A stretch of DNA of 52,892 nucleotides from a virus (IMGVR_UViG_3300036791_000331:1-52892); one strand, 5' to 3'; counted from the stretch's first letter, positions 1-8,777 are shown. Notes: generated by a model from the letters alone, not told the origin. Translations and numbers: made by a program.

Positions 1-127
1 CGTTCTCAGACCAGGACCAGGACCCCATCGTCGTCAAAGACTGGGTGCGAGCCCAGATCGGCGCGCCCGCGTTCAAGCCCAACGGCAAGGCGAACGGTCA
101 CGCCAACGGCAAGGCGAACGGTCACGC
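1..127. repeat. Terminal overlap, copy 1 (circular assembly)
   Basis: Bases 1-127 are identical to 52766-52892; 127 nt is a common maximum assembler k-mer. Confidence 0.95.
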
Positions 128-1616
128 GCCTGCGGGCGAGATCGTGGCCAAGTATCTCTACCAGGACGCGCTCGGTGAGCCGGTCCAGCAGGTCAGCCGC
201 ACCCGCGCCAAGCAGTTTTTCCAGCAGCGCCCGGATGGTCACGGCGGCTGGGAGTGGGGCGGCATACCAACGGCCCTGAAGGTGCCCTTCCGCCTGCCCG
301 AGACCATCGAGGCCAGTGGGCTCGGCAAGACGATCTTCATCTGCGAGGGCGAGAAAGCCTGCTTGGCGCTCCACACACGCGGTTACCCGGCGACATGCTC
401 GCCCGGTGGCGCGGGCAAGTGGCCTCCGCATTTTGCACAGTGGTTCAAGGACGCCCGCGTCATCATCCTACCCGACAATGATCAGGTCGGCCTGGACCAC
501 GCCGAGAAGGTGGCCGCGAACCTGACCGGCGTGGCCGCCGAGGTGATGATCCGGCAGCTGCCCGGCCTGCCGAAGGGCGGCGATGTCTACGACTTCCTGG
601 CGGCTGGCGGAGACCCGGCGACGATAGCTGATCTCCCGGCGGGCCCACCGCCTCGCGGGCGCACCGCCGCCGAGCTTTGGAACATGAGCTTCCCGCCGAT
701 CCGCTTCGCCGTGCCGCTCTACATCGCCGAGGGTCTGACGCTGCTGGCCGGAGCGCCGAAGCGCGGCAAGTCCTGGCTGGCCCTGGACGTCTGCGTCACC
801 GTGGCCATCGGCGGCTACACGCTCGGCGACCAGCCGTGCGTGGAGGGCGACGTGCTCTACTGCGCCCTGGAGGACAGCCCCCGGCGGATGAAGGAACGGC
901 TGCGGACGTTCTGTCAGCTGGCCAAGCGACCACCCCAGCGCCTGACCATCTGGTTCGCCAACGACCTTCCTCGCCTGGGCGACGGCTGCGAAGAAGCGCT
1001 GCGGGAGTGGATCGGCTCCGTCCCCTCGCCGCGCCTGATCGTCATCGACACGTTGAACTACATCCGCCCCGAGCGCGTCCGGGACGAGGACCCCTACGCC
1101 TACGACTATCGGTGCGCGATCAGCCTTCAGCGCCTCGCCTCTGAGGTCGGGATCGCCATCGTGGTCATCCACCACACCCGCAAGTCGGTGGCCGACGACT
1201 ACCTGGAGAGCGTCAGCGGCACGAACGGTTTAACCGGCGGCTCCGATGCGGTGATCGTCCTGGAGCGCCAGAGCGACGGCGGGACGGTGTTCAAGGGTCG
1301 GGGCCGGGACATCGAAGAGTTCGAACTGGCCGCCCGGTTCGACAAGGACGAGTGCCGGTGGAAGATCGCCGGGAACGCCGACGAGACCCGGCAGTCGGAG
1401 ACCAAGCAGAAGATACTCCGGCACCTGCGCGAGGCGGGCTGGTTCCTGACCCCGGCGGAGATCGCGTCACAGACCGGCCTGCGCAAGAGCGTCGTCGATC
1501 AGCGCCTGTTCCACATGCTGAAGGCCGGTGAGGTCAGGCGCGTCGGCCGGGGCAAGTACGGCCTGCCCGAGACCGAGGTCGAGGGCGGCCGGGACCAGGG
1601 CGACGGCGATGACTGA
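3..1616 (+). CDS. Primase-helicase (TOPRIM + RecA-like/AAA_25 helicase + C-terminal wHTH), 3' part; gene starts at 52600
   Basis: CEGEK and DNDxxG TOPRIM motifs, Walker A GAPKRGKS, Walker B LIVIDT, IHHTRK; in frame across the circular junction (593 aa total). Confidence 0.9.
   Translation, partial: FSDQDQDPIVVKDWVRAQIGAPAFKPNGKANGHANGKANGHAPAGEIVAKYLYQDALGEPVQQVSRTRAKQFFQQRPDGHGGWEWGGIPTALKVPFRLPETIEASGLGKTIFICEGEKACLALHTRGYPATCSPGGAGKWPPHFAQWFKDARVIILPDNDQVGLDHAEKVAANLTGVAAEVMIRQLPGLPKGGDVYDFLAAGGDPATIADLPAGPPPRGRTAAELWNMSFPPIRFAVPLYIAEGLTLLAGAPKRGKSWLALDVCVTVAIGGYTLGDQPCVEGDVLYCALEDSPRRMKERLRTFCQLAKRPPQRLTIWFANDLPRLGDGCEEALREWIGSVPSPRLIVIDTLNYIRPERVRDEDPYAYDYRCAISLQRLASEVGIAIVVIHHTRKSVADDYLESVSGTNGLTGGSDAVIVLERQSDGGTVFKGRGRDIEEFELAARFDKDECRWKIAGNADETRQSETKQKILRHLREAGWFLTPAEIASQTGLRKSVVDQRLFHMLKAGEVRRVGRGKYGLPETEVEGGRDQGDGDD
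81..127 (+). repeat. 24-bp tandem duplication in primase linker (NGKANGHA x2)
   Basis: AACGGCAAGGCGAACGGTCACGC at 81 and 105. Confidence 0.85.
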
Positions 1617-1764
1617 CGTGTGGATCAACCCGCCACCCGAGGTGATGCCCGATGGCGACCAGGACGACGATCCCGAGGCGACCGCCGCCGACTTCTGGGT
1701 GGACGAGGCTCGCAACGAAACAGGCCGTGTGTGGCCAGGAGACGACCAGGAGGACCCGACATGA
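1609..1764 (+). CDS. Small acidic hypothetical protein
   Basis: ATG overlaps helicase end; stop overlaps next ATG. Confidence 0.5.
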   Translation: MTDVWINPPPEVMPDGDQDDDPEATAADFWVDEARNETGRVWPGDDQEDPT

Positions 1765-2072
1765 CCGTTGACGCAGTGGATACCACCGAGCCCTGGCTCC
1801 CGCCGTCCTGGACCGACTACGAGCGCCGCCTGCTGATCTCCCACCTGATGGCGGGCGGGTTGATCCTGGAGGACGACAGCGGCCTCGGCTGGGCCACCGC
1901 CAGCCGGTCGCTCGGCGGCTTCCACAGCGATCTCGTGGAGCACCTGATGGAGTCCGGGTTCCGCTCCGGCGGCGAGCGCTACGGGCTCGCCGAGGTCGGC
2001 CATTTGCCCGGCCGGTTCGGTTCTGTACGACTGCCGCCGGAGCCCGAAAAAAACCTTACGGAGACCCCTTGA
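1761..2072 (+). CDS. Hypothetical protein
   Basis: AGGAGG SD before ATG 1761; ATGA coupling. Confidence 0.6.
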   Translation: MTVDAVDTTEPWLPPSWTDYERRLLISHLMAGGLILEDDSGLGWATASRSLGGFHSDLVEHLMESGFRSGGERYGLAEVGHLPGRFGSVRLPPEPEKNLTETP

Positions 2073-2210
2073 AAACACCCCCCGTAAGGATGTTTCGTAA
2101 GTTTCGAAAACGTCAGTTAAACCAGAGACTTACGATGCGGTGTTCTCATCTTGTTCACGGAAACTTACGACGTTTACGACCCTATATAGAGGGGGGGTAT
2201 CGTAAATTTG
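2050..2210. other. Putative replication origin (iteron cluster)
   Basis: AT-richer stretch with 7 YTTACG/CGTAAR copies in both orientations and an 11-bp inverted repeat (2095-2105 / 2160-2170), downstream of primase-helicase. Confidence 0.55.
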
Positions 2211-2305
2211 GCCCGAATCACCTCGCCGAAGGCGGTTGGGAGAGGCGTCTATGCTCAAGGCAGTAGGCCAGATCGCCCTCGCCGCGACGGCATCCGCAGA
2301 CGATC

Positions 2306-2776
2306 ATGAGCGCGCCTGAACCCCGGATCGGCCAGACGCATCGCCGCAACTCGGCGGCGTCGGTGAATGCCATTTCGGTCTTAGCGTTGGCCGACGACAG
2401 CGCGAGGGTCATCGAGGACTCCTGTGGTGCGAATCAGGTTCGGGATGCAGTCGTCGAGTGTGGGGTGTGTCGCCTGTGCTGTCATCACCAGAAGGTCATG
2501 GTCACGGATGGCGATGATCCAGGGCGCTACGACACCGAGCAGATCGGACCCTTCCTGTTCCTCAAGCAGCGCCCGGACGGCGCGTGTGTGCATCTTGGTC
2601 CTGGCGGTTGTGGGGTCTACGCCGACCGGCCGAGGATATGCCGGGCCTTCGACTGCGGAGGCTGGTTCCGCTCGATCCCTCGCAACGAGCGGCGGCGCAT
2701 GTCCAAAGAGGACGCTACGGTGGCCGCGCTTATCAAGCGCGGCCGTGAGGTATCGGCACGTCAGGTGTTACCGTAA
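2306..2776 (+). CDS. YkgJ-like CxxCxxCC cysteine-cluster protein
   Basis: CGVCRLCC...GACVHL...GCGVYADRPRICRAFDC. Confidence 0.75.
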   Translation: MSAPEPRIGQTHRRNSAASVNAISVLALADDSARVIEDSCGANQVRDAVVECGVCRLCCHHQKVMVTDGDDPGRYDTEQIGPFLFLKQRPDGACVHLGPGGCGVYADRPRICRAFDCGGWFRSIPRNERRRMSKEDATVAALIKRGREVSARQVLP

Positions 2777-2780
2777 GACC

Positions 2781-2808
2781 GAGCACAAATTTGGAGACAA
2801 AATTGCGT
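2781..2808. promoter_or_regulatory. Operator-like dyad A (GCACAAATTTG-N4-CAAAATTGCGT)
   Basis: 21-bp, 1-mismatch match to reverse complement of 43135-43155; intergenic, upstream of an operon. Confidence 0.6.
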
Positions 2809-2830
2809 TCTCGGGGTTTTAATGTCAACA

Positions 2831-2848
2831 AGCGCGAACTTTCGCGCT
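2831..2848. promoter_or_regulatory. Operator-like palindrome B (CGCGAACTTTCGCG)
   Basis: Palindrome that recurs at 50278-50291 and 50313-50325. Confidence 0.6.
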
Positions 2849-2879
2849 ACCCAGAGACATCGACAGGAGCACGAACCCT

Positions 2880-3224
2880 TTGCCAGACGCCCATTATCTC
2901 TCGCAGGCGAGGCGGCCACCGCCCAAGCGGCCGAACTTCATTCCGAGCACTCCCAATTATCTGACCTACAACTGGATCGACAAGGACCCGGACATGGAGT
3001 TCATCGTCGGCCTGATAGGTGAGAGCGGCTTAAGCCCCGAGGATATCGAGCAAGAGACTGAAAAGCTCGGTCACAAGGTCAGCCGGTACACCATCATGGG
3101 CTGGCTCTATAAAGCCGTAAGGCGGCCTCAGAACTTCACGATGACCATCGTAGCTCTGGCGCTCGGTTATCAGAAAACGTGGGCTCCCAGCCCGACTCAG
3201 CGTCGGAAAGGCGCCACCCAATGA
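2880..3224 (+). CDS. Putative XRE/Cro-like HTH transcriptional regulator
   Basis: LSPEDIEQET...VSRYTIMGWL...RRPQ..TM..VALALG pattern; AGGAG SD before TTG. Confidence 0.6.
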   Translation: MPDAHYLSQARRPPPKRPNFIPSTPNYLTYNWIDKDPDMEFIVGLIGESGLSPEDIEQETEKLGHKVSRYTIMGWLYKAVRRPQNFTMTIVALALGYQKTWAPSPTQRRKGATQ

Positions 3225-4099
3225 ACATGCTCGACCCGGCGCGCATCGCCATGTTTTTCACCCTGCCCGGCGCTGTCGAACTCGTGGAGGCGTTCTCTGC
3301 GATCCCTCCTGGCCCAGTGCGCGACAGCATCGTGGCGCACGCCCAGGCGCTGGCCGCCATCTCGGCTCCACGCCCTCAGCAGATCGACTACGGCACGTTC
3401 AACTCGTCGGTGACGATGCGGCCGTTCCAGGCCGAAGCGCCGCCTCCCGAGCCGATGATCTCCTGGCAGGGCCCGAAGCCGCCGCCGCTGCTGAACCTCG
3501 TGGCGTCGAGCGCCGAGGGCCAGATCGTCGAGCGGGCTCTGCGCGGCGAGACGCCCAAGGCTATCGCCGACAGCCTCGGGGTCAACATCGAGGTGGTCTA
3601 CAGCGTCCAGGCCAGGGCGCGCCGCGAAGGTCGGATCGAGTTCCCTGGCGACGACCGGGGCAAGAACGTCTCGAAAGCCTCGCCGCTGATGCGCAAGGTC
3701 AACGGTGTCATGGCGGCGCCAGCCAAGGGGCCGTTCTGGTTCGAGGACCCGAACAGCGCCATCTGGGACAACCCGCACCTGCTGCCGACGCGGGTGGATG
3801 TGAACCGGCGCAGCTTCGCGTTCGCCGGGCCGACGTCGACGCTGACGTTTCGGATGATGGAGTCGACGGCCAAGCGCAACGGCAAGACCTTGCGCCAGTA
3901 TGTCGCCCAACGGTGGGAAGTCGCTCAGCGTGTCCTGGCTGGTGAAGCGCCGACGCGGGTCGCCGCCAGCATGAGGCTGCCCGAGCACTTCATTTATGGG
4001 GTGCTCACCCAGGTCGGCTATACGGCCACCCAGGCGGCGTCGGATCAGCAGCGGCCTATCGTCGGCCACGCACCACCGGGAGGCGAGCGAAGGCTATGA
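3221..4099 (+). CDS. Protein with two HTH-like segments
   Basis: GETPKAIADSLGVNIEVVY and GEAPTRVAASMRLPEHFIY; ATGA coupling. Confidence 0.6.
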   Translation: MNMLDPARIAMFFTLPGAVELVEAFSAIPPGPVRDSIVAHAQALAAISAPRPQQIDYGTFNSSVTMRPFQAEAPPPEPMISWQGPKPPPLLNLVASSAEGQIVERALRGETPKAIADSLGVNIEVVYSVQARARREGRIEFPGDDRGKNVSKASPLMRKVNGVMAAPAKGPFWFEDPNSAIWDNPHLLPTRVDVNRRSFAFAGPTSTLTFRMMESTAKRNGKTLRQYVAQRWEVAQRVLAGEAPTRVAASMRLPEHFIYGVLTQVGYTATQAASDQQRPIVGHAPPGGERRL

Positions 4100-4764
4100 C
4101 CGAGGCCGCCCTGGTCGCGGCGATCCGCGATATCCCGATGCCGGATGCTATCAGGAGCCTGCCCGTTCAGGGCGGGTTCCCGGTGCCCTGGTTCGTCAGT
4201 TGGAGGCATGGCGTCGCCGACTTCCGCGTGGTCGATCTCCGCAAATTTGAACAGGCCCAGCGGCAAGGACTCTGCTGGGTTTGCGGCCGAGGTCTCGGTC
4301 GGATCAAGGCGTCGCTGATCGGGCCGATGTGCGCGATCAACCGGATCACCAGCGAGCCGCCCTCGCATCCGGTCTGCGCTCGCTACGCCGCTCGGGCCTG
4401 CCCATTCATGTCGAACCCGAGAATGCGGCGGAACGAGAAAGACCTTCCTGAAGAGCGGATCGAACCGCCGGGCGTCCACCTGGACCACAACCCCGGCGCG
4501 AGCGTGATCTGGATGAGCCTGTTCCGGTCCCGCCCGTTCGAGCCTGAGGGCGGCGGGACGCTCTTCGACCTCGGGACGCCGCACGAGGTCGAATGGTGGA
4601 TCAGGGGGCGCGAGGCGACCCGCGACGAAGCCCTGGAGGCCATCGCGCGCGGTCTGCCGAAGCTGGAGGCGGTGGCGCGTGCCGAGGGCCAGGAAGCCAT
4701 CGACGCGCTCGTGGAGGCGACCACCACGGCGATGCGTCTCCTGCCGCCGGAGCGCCGGAAATGA
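4096..4764 (+). CDS. Phage Zn-binding hypothetical protein
   Basis: PVPWFV...CWVCG...EPPSHPVCARYAARACP. Confidence 0.75.
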   Translation: MTEAALVAAIRDIPMPDAIRSLPVQGGFPVPWFVSWRHGVADFRVVDLRKFEQAQRQGLCWVCGRGLGRIKASLIGPMCAINRITSEPPSHPVCARYAARACPFMSNPRMRRNEKDLPEERIEPPGVHLDHNPGASVIWMSLFRSRPFEPEGGGTLFDLGTPHEVEWWIRGREATRDEALEAIARGLPKLEAVARAEGQEAIDALVEATTTAMRLLPPERRK

Positions 4765-5144
4765 GCCCGCGCGGCCAACTCCTGATCGCGGCGCGGTCGC
4801 TCGCCTTCGCCAACGATATGATCAACCGGGCGGCGTCGTCCTGCCCGCCGCTTCAGAGGCACGACGGGGCGTTGCTGCATCTGGTCGTGAACACCCTCGA
4901 TGCGACCCGCCGGTTCGTCGCCGAGACCGCCGAGGAGCTTCCGGCCGATCCCGGTGAACTCCCGGAGTTCGACTTCTTAACCCGCCGCGACGCTATCGCG
5001 GCGCTGATCGAATGCGCCGACGACCTGGAGACCGAGATCGAGGCGCGGCGCAACCGGGAGCTTCCCCGGCGGATCGAACGCGACCTCGGCGTGGTGAAGC
5101 GGGCGCGCGGGGCCATCGCCTACTTTCAGGTGCCCGGATCATGA
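4761..5144 (+). CDS. Hypothetical protein
   Basis: ATGA coupling at both ends. Confidence 0.6.
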   Translation: MSPRGQLLIAARSLAFANDMINRAASSCPPLQRHDGALLHLVVNTLDATRRFVAETAEELPADPGELPEFDFLTRRDAIAALIECADDLETEIEARRNRELPRRIERDLGVVKRARGAIAYFQVPGS

Positions 5145-5392
5145 CCGGCCCGCGCGTGATCGAGCGCCTCTACGCCTGGATCGTCACCGAGGCGGACGGC
5201 GGCCAGGGCATCCCGGCGTTCGACCGGGGCGACGGGCTGATGCTGCCGATGATCGGCGCCGACAGCGAGCGGATCGAAAGCCTGCGGCCGGTGGCGATGC
5301 GGGTGGCGGGCGTCTGCCTGAAGCTGGAGCTTATCGAGTTCTCCGGGCGCGTCGTCCTGGAGACGCACGACAGCCCGGAGTTGAACTCGTGA
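5141..5392 (+). CDS. Hypothetical protein
   Basis: ATGA coupling; IERLYAW...GIPA...MLPMIGAD. Confidence 0.65.
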   Translation: MTGPRVIERLYAWIVTEADGGQGIPAFDRGDGLMLPMIGADSERIESLRPVAMRVAGVCLKLELIEFSGRVVLETHDSPELNS

Positions 5393-5610
5393 GCGCAAAA
5401 CTGACCGCCGAACAGACCGCGATATTGCGCGCTGCGCTGTCCGGGCTGATCGAAACCAGTCGGGAGATCATGTCGCTGCGGTACACCGACGATCCCTGCG
5501 ACCCCGACCTCGCTCTTCAGCTTGGCATGATCGCGGGCAGGGCGTCGAAGCTGTCGGACGATCTGGCGGCGCTGTTGCCGCCGGAGGCGCGTGCGGAGGT
5601 TAGGCGATGA
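5389..5610 (+). CDS. Hypothetical protein
   Basis: GTGA coupling. Confidence 0.55.
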   Translation: MSAKLTAEQTAILRAALSGLIETSREIMSLRYTDDPCDPDLALQLGMIAGRASKLSDDLAALLPPEARAEVRR

Positions 5611-5921
5611 ACGACCCGATGCTGCGCGCCGCCGTGGTGAGCGCGACCAAGAAGGCGATGGACGCCGGTTGCCTGATCGAAGTCGGGTGGCTCGGCCTGC
5701 GGCTCGCGGCGATGGACGACAACGCGCCTCAGATACAACTCGACGAGTGCAGGCAGGCGTTCTTCGCCGGGGCGCAGCATGTATTCGGCTCGATGATGGC
5801 CACCCTGGACGAGGGCGAGGAACCGACCCAGGCGGACCTGAACCGGCTCAGCCTGATCGCCGACGAACTCGATCGCTTCATCGCCGACTTCAGCCGTAAG
5901 CACGGGCTCCCGCCGCCGTGA
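5607..5921 (+). CDS. Phage hypothetical protein
   Basis: Q..ECRQAFFAGAQHVF motif; GGAGG SD. Confidence 0.7.
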   Translation: MNDPMLRAAVVSATKKAMDAGCLIEVGWLGLRLAAMDDNAPQIQLDECRQAFFAGAQHVFGSMMATLDEGEEPTQADLNRLSLIADELDRFIADFSRKHGLPPP

Positions 5922-6133
5922 GGGGCCTGTCGGTCGAGCAGGCGCGGACGCTTGAGCAGGCGCAGATTCTGCTGGAGCGCGCGGCGCGCAAGATCGTGAA
6001 GCTTCGGGGATGCACGCCGTCAATCGAGCCCGCTGTGCTGGCGCTGAAGCTCGGTCTGATCGCGGGCGAGACGACGGCGCTCGCCGATAAGTTGACCGCC
6101 ATTATCGAGGACAACTGCCGTGACCGACCATGA
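5918..6133 (+). CDS. Hypothetical protein
   Basis: GTGA coupling. Confidence 0.5.
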   Translation: MRGLSVEQARTLEQAQILLERAARKIVKLRGCTPSIEPAVLALKLGLIAGETTALADKLTAIIEDNCRDRP

Positions 6134-6353
6134 CGCCCTCTCGCTCTGGGTCGTCTGCCAGAACCCCAGCGACGCGCCGGGGATGTTCACGGTCCGGCGG
6201 CACGTCGCCTACGGGAAGCTGGCCGGGCCGACGAACGAGGTCATGGTCTGCCCGGAGATCGAACCGCTCCGCGAGGAACTCCGACGCCGAGGGCTCGTCC
6301 AAATGAGCCGCGACCCGAACGATGTCCCTGAGATCGTCGAGGTGTGGATATGA
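6120..6353 (+). CDS. Phage hypothetical protein
   Basis: WVV..NPSD.PG.F..R and C-terminal RDPND.P.IVEVWI. Confidence 0.7.
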   Translation: MTDHDALSLWVVCQNPSDAPGMFTVRRHVAYGKLAGPTNEVMVCPEIEPLREELRRRGLVQMSRDPNDVPEIVEVWI

Positions 6354-6457
6354 ACTGGTTCATGCGGTCCTGGAGGTTGTGGCCGTACCTGGGCGCCGGG
6401 ATGCTGCTCGGCCTCGCGCCGACGCTGATCCTGGTCCTGAGCGGAAGGTGCTTCTGA
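6350..6457 (+). CDS. 35-aa single-TM peptide (not in ORF track)
   Basis: MNWFMRSWRLWPYLGAGMLLGLAPTLILVLSGRCF; fills gap with ATGA and TGATG overlaps. Confidence 0.6.
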   Translation: MNWFMRSWRLWPYLGAGMLLGLAPTLILVLSGRCF

Positions 6458-6714
6458 TGCTGCGCGAGTATCCGTTCGGCCCTCACGACCACCGCAACGA
6501 CGGCGAGGCGAACCAGTCCGAGAGTTGCTACCGGCGCGGCTTCCAGCAGGGAGCGCACGCCTTCCTGGTCGCCGCCAAGGAACTGGGCTTCGAAGATGAC
6601 CGGCTGGAGCGGTGGGTCACTCTCACGCTCTGGAAGTGGCGGTTCGAGCGGTCACTGAGCAGGCGTGATCTTGCCCCGCCGCACGCCCTCGACCGCAAGA
6701 GGATGGGGATATGA
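6457..6714 (+). CDS. Hypothetical protein
   Basis: TGATG coupling; ES.YRRGFQQG. Confidence 0.6.
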   Translation: MLREYPFGPHDHRNDGEANQSESCYRRGFQQGAHAFLVAAKELGFEDDRLERWVTLTLWKWRFERSLSRRDLAPPHALDRKRMGI

Positions 6715-7097
6715 TCGACGAGCCATTCGACAACCCTCACCACGGCCACCAGGACGAGGCTGTGGCGGCCATGCCGCGCGAGGTGATCCTGTACCCGCAC
6801 GACTGGGGCGGAGCCGACTGGGGCGGCCCCAGCGCGACCGGGACGGCCTATCTCGGGCCGATGCACCCGGAGGACCAGGAAGGCGTCCGCTACGTTCCCG
6901 CAGCTGCGGCTGATGCGCTGGAGGCCGCCGTGGAGATCGTGATCGCCGACACCGGCCCGGTGACGCCCGTCGAGCGCGTCCGGCTGACCGAACCGGCCTA
7001 CGCACGGGCCAACATCGACAAGCTGTGGCGGATCAACAGGGCGCTGATCGTCGCGCTGAACGCTTACCACGACGCAACCAGGGAGAGTCCGCGGTGA
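6711..7097 (+). CDS. Hypothetical protein
   Basis: ATGA coupling. Confidence 0.6.
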   Translation: MIDEPFDNPHHGHQDEAVAAMPREVILYPHDWGGADWGGPSATGTAYLGPMHPEDQEGVRYVPAAAADALEAAVEIVIADTGPVTPVERVRLTEPAYARANIDKLWRINRALIVALNAYHDATRESPR

Positions 7098-7357
7098 CGC
7101 TTTCGGCGCGATGGATCGACCACGAGCGCGAGCCGCAGGCGGCGGCGAACCCGGCCTTTCCGAAGGGGATCGACGTCGATGTTTCGGCCGGTCAGTCGCC
7201 GGTCTGCATCGTGACGTTGCCGTACCCGGCGCGTCGCTGCGGCATCTATCTGGTCAGCTGTGATCTCTGCGGGTTCGGCGCGGCGATCACCACGGCCGGA
7301 CGCACGGACGACCCGCGCAGCCTGACGGCGGCCTGCCTGATGAAGGGCTCGGCGTAA
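7094..7357 (+). CDS. Small Zn-ribbon hypothetical protein
   Basis: LPYPARRCG...CDLCG...TTAGR.DDPRS. Confidence 0.65.
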   Translation: MTLSARWIDHEREPQAAANPAFPKGIDVDVSAGQSPVCIVTLPYPARRCGIYLVSCDLCGFGAAITTAGRTDDPRSLTAACLMKGSA

Positions 7358-7376
7358 CGAAGAAGCGGAGGACGAT

Positions 7377-7790
7377 ATGTACGCAAAATTGAGGGTGAAA
7401 CTGAAGGCGCTCGCCGCCGAGGCCCGGATCATCCGGGGCGAGGAACACCGCGCCAGGAAGGGCTGGCGGCGGCTGGCCAAAAAGCAGATCGGAGCCAACG
7501 CCATGGTGGCGCTCCACGCTGAGTTCGACAGCCTGCACCGGCACCGCACCTATGACGTGCGAACCGAGAGCAGGGCGACGCTCCTGGCCTATGCGTTCCT
7601 GCGCAAACGCCCTTACGAACTGACCGAGACGGCTGGCGCCCGCAAAGCGCCCATCGACCGGGTGGCGAATATCGCGCTGCGGTTCTCGGAGGAACGAGCG
7701 CTGTCGAAGGTGATGGCCGACGTGCGGCTGTGGATGGGTCGCCTGCCTGAAGTCGAAGCGGCGGCCGCAGCTGCGGAGGCGGCGTCATGA
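7377..7790 (+). CDS. Phage hypothetical protein
   Basis: LKALAAEARIIR..E...LHRHR...VR.ESRAT.LAYAFLR; GGAGG SD. Confidence 0.75.
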   Translation: MYAKLRVKLKALAAEARIIRGEEHRARKGWRRLAKKQIGANAMVALHAEFDSLHRHRTYDVRTESRATLLAYAFLRKRPYELTETAGARKAPIDRVANIALRFSEERALSKVMADVRLWMGRLPEVEAAAAAAEAAS

Positions 7791-7969
7791 CGGCAGACAC
7801 GAACCGCGTCGAGATCAGCTTCACCCTGCCGCCCAAGGTCGCCCACCTGATCGACCGGATGGTCGAGACCGGGCTGTGGGGCGACACCCGCGAAGAGGTC
7901 TGCATCACCCTGATCCGGGAAGGTATCCGCCGCCACTGGAAGCTGATCGAGCCGAGTCAGCCGGGGTGA
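7787..7969 (+). CDS. Putative ribbon-helix-helix protein
   Basis: ISFTLP....LIDRMVETGLWG.TREEV...LIREG. Confidence 0.6.
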   Translation: MTADTNRVEISFTLPPKVAHLIDRMVETGLWGDTREEVCITLIREGIRRHWKLIEPSQPG

Positions 7970-7972
7970 GCG

Positions 7973-8053
7973 ATGCTGGATCACCTGGAAAACATCGTTA
8001 TCGGCTTCACCTTGGGCTGGTGGGCCGTTCGCCTGTTTCATCGGTTCCGGTGA
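7973..8053 (+). CDS. 26-aa hydrophobic peptide (not in ORF track)
   Basis: MLDHLENIVIGFTLGWWAVRLFHRFR; GTGA overlap with next gene. Confidence 0.45.
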   Translation: MLDHLENIVIGFTLGWWAVRLFHRFR

Positions 8054-8343
8054 CCGGCGTCATCGTCACTCTGGAGGCCGTCACCTTGGCTTGTCGCATC
8101 AAACTGGCCGATCCGTGGCACCCTGGCTTCGGGCGGTTCCTGGTCGACTTCGATGTCGACGCGCGCGGTGGTCGCGGCACGGATACTTGGTCGGCCGATC
8201 CTGCCCTGGCGATGGTTTTCGTCGATAGCGTGGAGGCGTGGCAGTGCTGGCGCCGACAGAGCGCGGTCCAGCCGCTGCGCGACGACGGCAAGCCGAACCG
8301 GCCGCTCACCGCCTACACCATCGAGATCGAGCCGATCCCATGA
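8050..8343 (+). CDS. Phage hypothetical protein
   Basis: W..QS.V.PLR.DGKPNRPLTAYTI motif. Confidence 0.65.
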   Translation: MTGVIVTLEAVTLACRIKLADPWHPGFGRFLVDFDVDARGGRGTDTWSADPALAMVFVDSVEAWQCWRRQSAVQPLRDDGKPNRPLTAYTIEIEPIP

Positions 8344-8777
8344 TCTACGACGAAAAACCGCTCCTTGAGACGATCATTCCCGCTCAGCCGGGCACGTTTT
8401 TAATGCATTCCTGGGTCAAAGACGGAGTGTTCGATAGTTTGCGTATCCCGGTTATTGCCTGGGCGTTCGACTGTTTTCTGCGCCCGTCGCCCATTACCCT
8501 GGACGGCGTTAATGATGGGATATCTGAGGGCTACACTTCTAACTTGGTTATTCTGTTCCCGTCCGGGCATATCATTGGGCCGGTGGACCAGCATTGGTCG
8601 TGCGAGGCCGACTGGGCGAAGGAAAGGAAGGTGGAAATTGAGGAGGAGGGAGTCTTAGCGGCAGTAGAGGCGGCGGCGGCTACGGCAGTAGGGCGTCCTC
8701 CTGCCCGGACAGCGGCCGAAGCGGCAGCAGCGTATCGGGCGGCAGCGGAGGCGGCGCGGAAGGAAAGCGACGAATGA
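8340..8777 (+). CDS. Hypothetical protein (lower GC)
   Basis: IIPAQPG...PVIAW...P.PIT; ATGA coupling. Confidence 0.6.
   Translation: MIYDEKPLLETIIPAQPGTFLMHSWVKDGVFDSLRIPVIAWAFDCFLRPSPITLDGVNDGISEGYTSNLVILFPSGHIIGPVDQHWSCEADWAKERKVEIEEEGVLAAVEAAAATAVGRPPARTAAEAAAAYRAAAEAARKESDE

Noticed and set aside
2069-2266. 65-aa ORF over the iteron region
   Set aside because: TTG start, atypical codon usage; sequence is better explained as a cis-acting origin
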